Source: Geobacter metallireducens GS-15 (GTDB lineage Bacteria > Desulfobacterota > Desulfuromonadia > Geobacterales > Geobacteraceae). From it: a DNA stretch of 32,000 nucleotides. The notes beneath the pieces are model-generated. The model saw only the letters and a program-made list of their open reading frames with translations, was not told the origin of the DNA and did not search any database. Both the position numbers and the translations under genes were made by a program. Location of the stretch: positions 3,720,001 to 3,752,000 of the forward strand of contig NC_007517.1 of the NCBI RefSeq assembly GCF_000012925.1, written 5' to 3'. Of this stretch, positions 24,464-32,000 are shown piece by piece. How positions within the stretch are numbered: the first letter of the stretch is position 1; each line of letters opens with the position of its first letter.

Positions 24464-26164
24464 CTACAGGACCTTGACGCTCACCAGCTCGCCGCCGCGG
24501 GGATCGACCACGTGGACGGCGCAGGCGAGGCACGGATCGAAGGAGTGGATGGTGCGGAGGATCTCCAGGGGCTTGTTGGGGTCGGCCATGGGGGTGCCGA
24601 CCAGGGCCGCCTCGTAGGGGCCCCGCTGCCCCTTCTCATCCCGGGGTGACGCGTTCCAGGTGGAGGGGACCACCGCCTGGTAATTCTCGATTTTCTGGTC
24701 CCTGATCCTGATCCAGTGACCGAGAGCACCCCGGGGAGCGTTGTGCCAGCCGTACCCCGCCGTCTCCCGGGGCCAGGTGGCGGGGTCCCACTTCTCGCCG
24801 TTATGAATCGCCAGATCGCCGCCGGCCACGTTGGCCACGAGCATGTCGAGCCACTTGGGAAGTTCCTGAGCCACCAACAGGGTCTCGATCCCCCGGGCCG
24901 CGGTCCGACCGAGCGTCGAGAAGAGCGCCTCCGGGCCGACCCCCAGCTTGCCGAGGACCAGCTCCACCGCCCCTTTCGTCCCCTGGTGCCCCGCGGCGTA
25001 GGCCACGAGGATGGTGGCCAGGGGGCCGGTCTCCATCGGCTTGCCGTCGTAGCGGGGGGATTTCACCCAGGAGTACTTCTTGTCCGTGTCGATCATGTCG
25101 TAGGGGGGCGTGGGGCCAGTGTACCGTACCTCGGTCTGCTCTTCCCACGGATGGACCCCGGCATCACCCCCCTCGTACCAGGAGTGGGCCACGCTCTCGG
25201 TGATCTTTTGCTGGTCGATGGGATAGACCCGGGAGAGGTCCTTGCCCACGATGATCCCCTGGGGAAACCAGAGCTTTTCCGGCTTGCCGCTGTTGTCCAG
25301 CGGGTATTCGCCGTAGGAGATGTAGTTCCCCACCCCTCCGCCGATTCCGGCCCACTCCTTGTAGAAGGAGGCCACCGCCAGGAGATCGGGAATGTAGACC
25401 TTCTCCACGAACGCCTTGGCCTTTTTGAGGAGCTGGGCAATCTCGGCGATCTTGTCGGCGTTGAGGGCGTTCTGGGAGTTGGGATCCACGGGGATCGCCA
25501 TGCCACCGACGAGGAAGGTCTGGGGGTGGGGGTTTTTGGAGCCGAGGATGGCGTGGATCTTGATGACCTCCCGTTGCCAGTCCAGGGCCTCCAGGTAGTG
25601 GGCCGTGGCCATGAGGTTCGCCTCGGGCGGCAGCTTGTAGGCCGGGTGTCCCCAGTAGGCGTTGCCGAAGGGGCCAAGGCGCCCTTTTTTCACGAAGGCG
25701 GCCACCTTGTCCTGTACCGACTTGAAGTAGGTGGGGGAGTTGAGGGGCCAGTCGGAAAGGGAGGCAGCCAAGGCTGCGGTCTTTGTGGGGTCGGCCTTGA
25801 GAGCTGAGACCACGTCCACCCAGTCGAGGGCGTGGAGGTGGTAGAAGTGGATCACGTGGTCCTGCACCACCTGGATGCCGATGATGAGGTTCCTGATCAA
25901 CTCCGCGTTCAGGGGGACGCGGATGTTCAGGGCGTTCTCCACGGCCCGGATGGAGGCTATGGAGTGGACCGTGGTGCAGACGCCGCAGAAGCGCTGGGTG
26001 AAGTACCAGGCGTCCCGGGGATCGCGCCCTTTGAGGATCTTCTCGATCCCCCGGAACATGGTGCTGGAGCTCCAGGCATCGGTTATCTGGCCCCCGTTCA
26101 CCTCGGCCTGGATACGGAGGTGCCCCTCTATTCTCGTAATCGGGTCAACGACGATCCTGGCCAT
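24464..26164 (-). CDS. hyaB: Group-1 uptake [NiFe]-hydrogenase large subunit
   Basis: 566 aa. VVDPITRIEGH, RFCGVCTTVH, and C-terminal DPCLACAVHVV plus an extension. GGAAGGAGGGG lies 6 nt upstream. Confidence 0.95.
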   Translation of the reverse strand: MARIVVDPITRIEGHLRIQAEVNGGQITDAWSSSTMFRGIEKILKGRDPRDAWYFTQRFCGVCTTVHSIASIRAVENALNIRVPLNAELIRNLIIGIQVVQDHVIHFYHLHALDWVDVVSALKADPTKTAALAASLSDWPLNSPTYFKSVQDKVAAFVKKGRLGPFGNAYWGHPAYKLPPEANLMATAHYLEALDWQREVIKIHAILGSKNPHPQTFLVGGMAIPVDPNSQNALNADKIAEIAQLLKKAKAFVEKVYIPDLLAVASFYKEWAGIGGGVGNYISYGEYPLDNSGKPEKLWFPQGIIVGKDLSRVYPIDQQKITESVAHSWYEGGDAGVHPWEEQTEVRYTGPTPPYDMIDTDKKYSWVKSPRYDGKPMETGPLATILVAYAAGHQGTKGAVELVLGKLGVGPEALFSTLGRTAARGIETLLVAQELPKWLDMLVANVAGGDLAIHNGEKWDPATWPRETAGYGWHNAPRGALGHWIRIRDQKIENYQAVVPSTWNASPRDEKGQRGPYEAALVGTPMADPNKPLEILRTIHSFDPCLACAVHVVDPRGGELVSVKVL

Positions 26165-27290
26165 GGTCTACCCCTCCTTCCCCGTCGGATTCATCTCCCT
26201 TGCGCAGCGCGCTCACCACGCCGTGGATGCCGAAGACCGCCGCCGTGGCCGCAGCGACGCCAAGGCCGATCTTGTCGGCCGTGGCCTCGATCCCGAAACC
26301 GGGAACGCTGGGAAGCCGCCGGTAGAAGGGGGTCATGGTGTCCCAGAAGTGGGGCTCGGAGCAGCCGGCACAGCCGTGGCCTGATCCCACTGGCCAGCTC
26401 GTCTTCTCGTTGTAGCGCTGGGTCGGGCAGTTGTGGAAGGTTTCGGGCCCCTTGCACCCCATCTTGTAGAGGCAGTGGCCGGCACGGTGGGCCTGGTCGC
26501 CCCATTGCTCCACGTACTGGCCGGCGTCGAAGTGGGGGCGGCGTTCGCAGTTGTCGTGAATCCGCTTGCCGTAGGCGAAAAGGGGGCGTCCCTTGCTGTC
26601 GGTGGCCGGGAGCTTGCCGAAGGTGAGGATATGGACCACGGTGGCCACCAGATTGTCGGTGTTGACGGGGCAGCCGGGAAGGTTGATGACCGTGGCGCCG
26701 GGGACCGCGTCCTTGACCCCCACGGCGCCGGTGGGGTTGGGGGATGCAGCCGGGATGCCGCCGTAGGAGGCGCAGGTGCCGACGGTGATGGTGGCCATGG
26801 CGCCGCCGCAGACCTCCCGGGCGATATCCACGGCCGATCTCCCGCCGACGCAGCAGTAGACGCCGTTGTCCTTCATGGGGATCGCCCCCTCGACGACGGC
26901 GATGTACTTGCCACTTCGCTCTTTCAGGGTCTTCAGCCGCGCCTCCTCGGCCTGGTGGCCGGCGGCGGCCATGATGGTCTCGGCATAATCAATGGAGAGG
27001 ACGTCGAGGACGATCTCACCCACCGTGGGGTTAGCGGCCCGCAGGAGCGCCTCGGTGTCGCCGGTGCAACTCTGGAATTCGAGCCAGATCACCGACGGCC
27101 GACTGTCGCTCTCCAGCGCCTCGGCAATGCGTGGCGCCAGGGAGACCGGCAGGGCCAAGGCCGCCGACATGGCGGTGCAGAACTTCAGGAAGTCGCGCCG
27201 GGATACCCCCCGCTCCTCCCAGGGCCCCGACGTGCCGGAACAATGCTGCTTCATCTCGTCATGCTCATCACCATTCTTCGCCATGGACAT
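26145..27290 (-). CDS. hyaA: Group-1 uptake [NiFe]-hydrogenase small subunit (Tat-exported, C-terminal anchor)
   Basis: 381 aa. Twin-arginine signal SRRDFLKFCTAMSAALALP. FeS Cys ligands are present. C-terminal hydrophobic helix IGLGVAAATAAVFGIHGVVSAL. Confidence 0.95.
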   Translation of the reverse strand: MSMAKNGDEHDEMKQHCSGTSGPWEERGVSRRDFLKFCTAMSAALALPVSLAPRIAEALESDSRPSVIWLEFQSCTGDTEALLRAANPTVGEIVLDVLSIDYAETIMAAAGHQAEEARLKTLKERSGKYIAVVEGAIPMKDNGVYCCVGGRSAVDIAREVCGGAMATITVGTCASYGGIPAASPNPTGAVGVKDAVPGATVINLPGCPVNTDNLVATVVHILTFGKLPATDSKGRPLFAYGKRIHDNCERRPHFDAGQYVEQWGDQAHRAGHCLYKMGCKGPETFHNCPTQRYNEKTSWPVGSGHGCAGCSEPHFWDTMTPFYRRLPSVPGFGIEATADKIGLGVAAATAAVFGIHGVVSALRKGDESDGEGGVDHGQDRR

Positions 27291-27354
27291 TCCTCCCCGG
27301 ACAGAATACAGCGTGACATCACCACAACGAACGGCAGACTGCCTACATCGACTT

Positions 27355-27476
27355 TATAACGATATTCTCTTATGTCAAATCGCTCCAACCACCATATTTG
27401 TCAAGTTAGTTTTATATAATACTCCGCAATCCAAGTAGGTTTATGCGAAGACCATTCGCGATACTATAACGATATT
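27355..27476. promoter_or_regulatory. Two copies of TATAACGATATT(n)C(n)CTTA, 110 bp apart, in the hya promoter region; candidate sigma-70 promoter overlaps the proximal copy
   Basis: 12/12 identical cores at 27355-27366 and 27465-27476 (16/18 over the extended motif). The minus strand reads TTGACA (27378-27373), a 16-nt spacer, then TAAAGT, overlapping the proximal repeat about 60-90 nt upstream of the hyaA ATG. Confidence 0.35.
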
Positions 27477-27515
27477 TCCTTAACTGCGGACATGCCTCTT
27501 CTTGCGGCCGTCGAT

Positions 27516-28244
27516 CTAGCGCCCCGGCGGAGCCAGCGCAACCGTGATGACGAATACAGCCGAGGCGCCGGCATCCTTGAGCACCCGGGCGCACTCCGCC
27601 ACTGTGCTACCGGTGGTGACAACGTCATCCATGAGGAGGACACGCCTTCCCGCGATGCCGGCGGGACCGGAAACGGCGAAGGCCCCCCGGACGTTGGCCC
27701 GGCGCTCCCGGGCGGAAAGGGTCACCTGGGCAACGGTGGGACGGACACGACGGAGGGTGTGCCGCAGGAGCGGCAGGCGCCACTCGCGGGACAGGACGGC
27801 ACCCACGAGAACCGCCTGGTTGAACCCCCGCTCCCGCAGACGCGAACGGTGGAGAGGGACGGGAATGATTACATCGGGGGCGACGGATTGGACAAAGGGG
27901 GTGAGATGCCGAATGGCAAGGAGGGCCAGGGGGCGGCGCAGGTGGACCTTGTGGCCGTACTTGTGACGGTGGATCAACTCCTGGAGAGGGCCGTCGAAGA
28001 GGAGCGCCCCCCGGACCCCGTCGAAGGGAGGCGGGGTGAGCATACAGGAACCGCAAAGGTGGTCGATCCCCCCCTCGGTCCGGTGAGGTACGCCGCAGAC
28101 CGGGCAGAGGGGGGAGGTGATGGGGGTCATGGCCCCAAGGCAGGCATCGCAGAGATGGAGCGGGCCGGCCCCGGGCACCGGCGCCTTGCACAGGTGGCAG
28201 AGGGGCGGGAAGAGGACGTCGAGAAACGCCCGGAGGAGTTCCAC
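27516..28244 (-). CDS. comF: ComF-family phosphoribosyltransferase-domain protein
   Basis: 242 aa from GTG 28244. N-terminal Zn-ribbon Cys pairs (CHLCKA...CDAC, CPVCG...CGSC). C-terminal PRTase motif VLLMDDVVTTGST. The start overlaps the upstream stop (TAGTG). Confidence 0.85.
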   Translation of the reverse strand: MELLRAFLDVLFPPLCHLCKAPVPGAGPLHLCDACLGAMTPITSPLCPVCGVPHRTEGGIDHLCGSCMLTPPPFDGVRGALLFDGPLQELIHRHKYGHKVHLRRPLALLAIRHLTPFVQSVAPDVIIPVPLHRSRLRERGFNQAVLVGAVLSREWRLPLLRHTLRRVRPTVAQVTLSARERRANVRGAFAVSGPAGIAGRRVLLMDDVVTTGSTVAECARVLKDAGASAVFVITVALAPPGR

Positions 28245-28897
28245 TAGAACCCCATCTCCTCGTTCACCACCAGCACCCGCAGGTCGGTGAGGCGGGGCTT
28301 GCGGTCGATGACTGTGGTGATGCGGCAGATCCGGTCGGGGGAGTTGCAGTCGGAGCAGAAGCCGGTTGTGCCGCAGGGGGTCTTGTAGTTGAGACGCCGG
28401 GCATTGGGAGGAGAGGCCCACTCCTTGATCCGGTCGATGGCCTCCTGGACGCCTCCGTCCACAATCTTGTTCCGGCCAGCCACGACGATCACCTTCCTGG
28501 GCCCGAAGAACATGGAGCCGACCCGGTTGCCGGTGGCGTCGATGTTCACGAGCCACCCGGAGAGGGTAAGGGCGTTGGTGCCAGCAAGGAAGAGGTCGCA
28601 GGTGAGTTGGCGCCGCATGATGGTCACCCGCTCCTCCAGGGAGAGCCCCGGCGCCCCGTGAATGAGGAGTTCCTTTCCCATCTCCCGGATTCGTTCGATC
28701 ACCTTCAGGTCGTCAACCGACATGGAGCCGCCAAAGCCGACGCTTTCCGCCTCGGCCGCCTCGGCCACGATGTATTCGAGGGCCTCCTGACCGGTGCCGC
28801 AGTAGACGGCGGTAAAGCCGTTCTTTTCCAGGGACGCCACCGCCTTGCGGCATTTCTGCTCATGGGTCCAGTCAACGAGTTCGGTCGTGAGTGACAT
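28244..28897 (-). CDS. LUD-domain (lactate-utilisation LutB/C-like, DUF162) protein
   Basis: 217 aa from ATG 28897 (AAGGAG upstream). VGFGGSMSV...LAGTNALTLSGWLVNIDATGNRV...PRKVIVVAGRNKIV is the LUD fold. Extra C-terminal Cys cluster CGTTGFCSDCNSPDRIC. Confidence 0.78.
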   Translation of the reverse strand: MSLTTELVDWTHEQKCRKAVASLEKNGFTAVYCGTGQEALEYIVAEAAEAESVGFGGSMSVDDLKVIERIREMGKELLIHGAPGLSLEERVTIMRRQLTCDLFLAGTNALTLSGWLVNIDATGNRVGSMFFGPRKVIVVAGRNKIVDGGVQEAIDRIKEWASPPNARRLNYKTPCGTTGFCSDCNSPDRICRITTVIDRKPRLTDLRVLVVNEEMGF

Positions 28898-29010
28898 GGG
28901 TAATACTCCTTTCTTGTCAATGAGCGAAGTAGCGAGATAGCAAGTAGTGAAGTAGTAAAATCTCAGTTCTTGACTAGCTCGCTCCCTCGCTATTTCGCAA
29001 TCTCGCTTAG

Positions 29011-29991
29011 TTACCGCAGCCCCAGAAGCCGCATGTACTCGGCATAGGGAATCCGGGATTTCCAGTTCTCCGTGGCGCGCCCCACCAGCGATCCGCCCGC
29101 AACAATGAGCACCACGAGGGCGGCAAAGAGGATGGCGTTCACCGCCACCTTCCGGCCGGCCAGCTTCATCTCCAGGGCCCCCATGGCCCGGCAGTGGCTC
29201 ACGCAGCGCCAGCAGCCGACGCACTCCTCGGACATGACCCGCTCCTTGCTCATCACCGGGATGTAGGAGGGGCAGACCTGGGTGCAGACCCCGCAGGAGA
29301 CGCAGGTCTTTTTCTCCCGGGTCACCTTCACCGGCGAGAGGACCGACACAAGCCCCAACAGCGCCCCGTAGGGGCAGAGGTAGCGGCAGAAGGGATTCCG
29401 CACCGGGAGCGACAGGACCAGAAGCACCGCGATCACCGCGAGGGGGATGCCCGACAGGTGCAGGAAGAAGTCCAGGAGCCGCACGTCGGCCACCGCGTTG
29501 TAGTCGGAATGGATGAAGGCCGTGGCCGCCTCCGGCGTCATGGCCCAAAGGATGGAGTAGAGGAAGAAGAGGAGGAGCAGGTACTTGATCCCCCGTAGCG
29601 CCACGTCCAGCCACCGGGGGGGGCGGATATTGCGTTTAAAGAGCACGAATCCCCGCTTCCAGAAAAGCTCCGACAGGGTCCCCACCGGGCAGATCCAGGA
29701 GCAGAAGGAGCGCTTGAGCAGCAGCGACACTGCCACCACGGTGACGAAGATCACCACCGACGCCGGATGGATCGGATTGATGACGCCGCTCTCGACCCAG
29801 TCCTTCACCCCCAGGAGCCCGGCGATGGGGAGGAACCCCTCGACCCCGTCGGCCCGGGGAACGAAGGGGGCAGCCCCGCCGGTGCGAAAGTGGCTCACGA
29901 AGAGGAAAAGCCTGACGCCCAGATAGACCATGAAGAGGAGAAATCCCCACTGGATGGCAATCCTGAGGGGCTGCACGTAGCGCTTGCTCAC
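29011..29991 (-). CDS. Membrane-bound 4Fe-4S polyferredoxin (NapH/MauN-like)
   Basis: Multiple TM helices with CxxxCP motifs (CSWICPVG, CRYLCPYG), plus CVSCGVCTQVCP and CVGCWRCVSHC. I prefer GTG 29991 (AAGGAG 7 nt upstream); the track start at 30075 is the alternative. Confidence 0.8.
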   Translation of the reverse strand: MSKRYVQPLRIAIQWGFLLFMVYLGVRLFLFVSHFRTGGAAPFVPRADGVEGFLPIAGLLGVKDWVESGVINPIHPASVVIFVTVVAVSLLLKRSFCSWICPVGTLSELFWKRGFVLFKRNIRPPRWLDVALRGIKYLLLLFFLYSILWAMTPEAATAFIHSDYNAVADVRLLDFFLHLSGIPLAVIAVLLVLSLPVRNPFCRYLCPYGALLGLVSVLSPVKVTREKKTCVSCGVCTQVCPSYIPVMSKERVMSEECVGCWRCVSHCRAMGALEMKLAGRKVAVNAILFAALVVLIVAGGSLVGRATENWKSRIPYAEYMRLLGLR

Positions 29992-30064
29992 GCCGTTGCT
30001 CCTTGAGACATATTGTGTCGCATGACTGCGGTATCCTGTCACCATCGAACCAAAGGAGGATACC

Positions 30065-30283
30065 ATGGAACCCATCGTTGTCTTCGGCGTCGGCCTCGTG
30101 GCCTGGGGCGCCTATATCTGCATCATGGACATGATCCGGGACCGGGCACCGGCCCGCAGCGCCAAGCGGGAGACGGCCCGGGCAAAGGCTGTCGTCAGGG
30201 GACCTCGCAGACCCGCTGCAGCTCCCGGTCGAGGAGGTGCCGCGGCTGCACGTTGGCCAATGCCCGCAGAAGGCTCCGCTTGA
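30065..30283 (+). CDS. Possible small membrane protein (72 aa), hypothetical
   Basis: AAGGAGG lies 6 nt upstream of ATG 30065. N-terminal hydrophobic helix EPIVVFGVGLVAWGAYICIM followed by a basic tail. GC3-rich codons. The last 89 nt are antisense to the ttcA 3' end. No family recognised. Confidence 0.25.
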   Translation: MEPIVVFGVGLVAWGAYICIMDMIRDRAPARSAKRETARAKAVVRGPRRPAAAPGRGGAAAARWPMPAEGSA

Positions 30284-30989
30284 CAGCGGGATTCTCCCGC
30301 TCCAACTCCTTCAGAAGCTCCTTCATCCGCTTGCGCTGGATGTCAGCCTTGCCGCAGACCGGGCAGCAGCAGCAGACCACGGGAAAGCTGTTCTCCCGGG
30401 CAAAGGGGATGATCTCCCGCTCCTCAACGTAGACCAGGGGACGGATCACCGTGGTCGCGCCGTTGTCGGCCAGCATCCGCGGCGCCATGGCCTTGAGGGT
30501 CCCCACGAAGAACTGGTTGAGGAGGAGGGTCTCCACGAAGTCGTCCAGATGGTGCCCCAGGGCCAGCTTGTTGCAGCCGTGCTGCTGAGCCAGGGTGTAG
30601 AGGACGCCCCGCTTGAGCCGGGCGCAGATGGAACAGTAGGAGGAGCCGGGGCGCCGCTTTTCCTTGATGATGTCGTAGTGGGTGGTGGCCTCCACGTGGT
30701 GGCTGAAGCCATGCTCCTTGAGATGGGCAGCGATGACGTCGCTGCGGAAGCCGGGGTACCCAGAGTCGATGGTAAACGCCACCAGATCATACTTCACCGG
30801 CGCCCGGCGCCGGAGCGCCTCCAGGATATGGAGGAGAGTGTAGGAATCCTTCCCCCCCGAGACCGCCACCGCAATCCGGTCCCCTTCCTCGATGAGGTTG
30901 AAGTCGGCGACGGCCCGGCCGACCCCGTTCTTTATTTTCCGATACCGCTTTTCGTCCACAAACTCCACGGATTCCTTCTCCTTCCACAA
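30195..30989 (-). CDS. ttcA: tRNA 2-thiocytidine biosynthesis protein TtcA family (PP-loop ATPase)
   Basis: 264 aa. PP-loop SGGKDS. Cys motifs CSIC and CCCCPVC. LALGHHLDD. Confidence 0.87.
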   Translation of the reverse strand: MWKEKESVEFVDEKRYRKIKNGVGRAVADFNLIEEGDRIAVAVSGGKDSYTLLHILEALRRRAPVKYDLVAFTIDSGYPGFRSDVIAAHLKEHGFSHHVEATTHYDIIKEKRRPGSSYCSICARLKRGVLYTLAQQHGCNKLALGHHLDDFVETLLLNQFFVGTLKAMAPRMLADNGATTVIRPLVYVEEREIIPFARENSFPVVCCCCPVCGKADIQRKRMKELLKELERENPAVKRSLLRALANVQPRHLLDRELQRVCEVP

Positions 30990-31106
30990 TTCGACTACGG
31001 TACCCCACCGGTCTTGCCCAAGTCAAGACAGTGTGCCCCTCCCTTTCCCTTGTTCCCCCGGGACCGTCCTGCTATTATTCCCGTAACGCCATCAGCATCG
31101 GATCCC

Positions 31107-32000
<894 letters not shown>

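Noticed and set aside
24464-26164. Possible [NiFeSe] (selenocysteine) hydrogenase or in-frame TGA recoding in either large subunit.
   Set aside because: Both large subunits have Cys at all four Ni-ligand positions (DPCLACAVH and DPCLSCATH) and uninterrupted reading frames.

Overview
This is a GC-rich, densely coding chromosomal window whose gene content looks Geobacter/Desulfuromonadales-like (inference only). All calls come from reading the supplied translations and hand-indexing the DNA; no searches were run.

Order of features:
- (1) Minus-strand alicyclic acyl-CoA operon: two acyl-CoA dehydrogenases plus the start of an Oah/BamA-like crotonase. It is transcribed divergently from a PAS/sigma-54 enhancer-binding protein.
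- (2) A Nudix hydrolase.
- (3) An incomplete type VI secretion cluster: tssJ-tssK-tssE-tssF-tssG-clpV plus a translationally coupled SH3b lipoprotein. There is no tssA/B/C/L/M, hcp or vgrG in the window.
- (4) The most interesting locus. It is a tightly coupled 8-gene plus-strand operon bracketed by terminators and preceded by a near-consensus sigma-28 (FliA) promoter. Gene order is cheW, V4R-domain protein, group-3-like [NiFe]-hydrogenase small and large subunits, 2x[4Fe-4S] ferredoxin, second V4R protein, dedicated hydrogenase endopeptidase, and a soluble poly-HAMP MCP whose signalling hairpin tip is tandemly duplicated and degenerate. I read this as a candidate hydrogenase-coupled (H2/redox) chemosensory input module.
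- (5) Minus strand: a class I/II aminotransferase behind a structured leader, an exported hypothetical protein, a cupin and a VOC/glyoxalase protein.
- (6) A periplasmic group-1 uptake [NiFe]-hydrogenase operon (Tat small subunit, large subunit, cytochrome b, protease) with phased direct repeats in its promoter region.
- (7) comF, a LUD-domain protein, a membrane polyferredoxin and ttcA.
- (8) The 5' part of priA.

I saw no rRNA, tRNA, CRISPR array or transposase. The many long antisense or alternate-frame ORFs in the track are high-GC artefacts.
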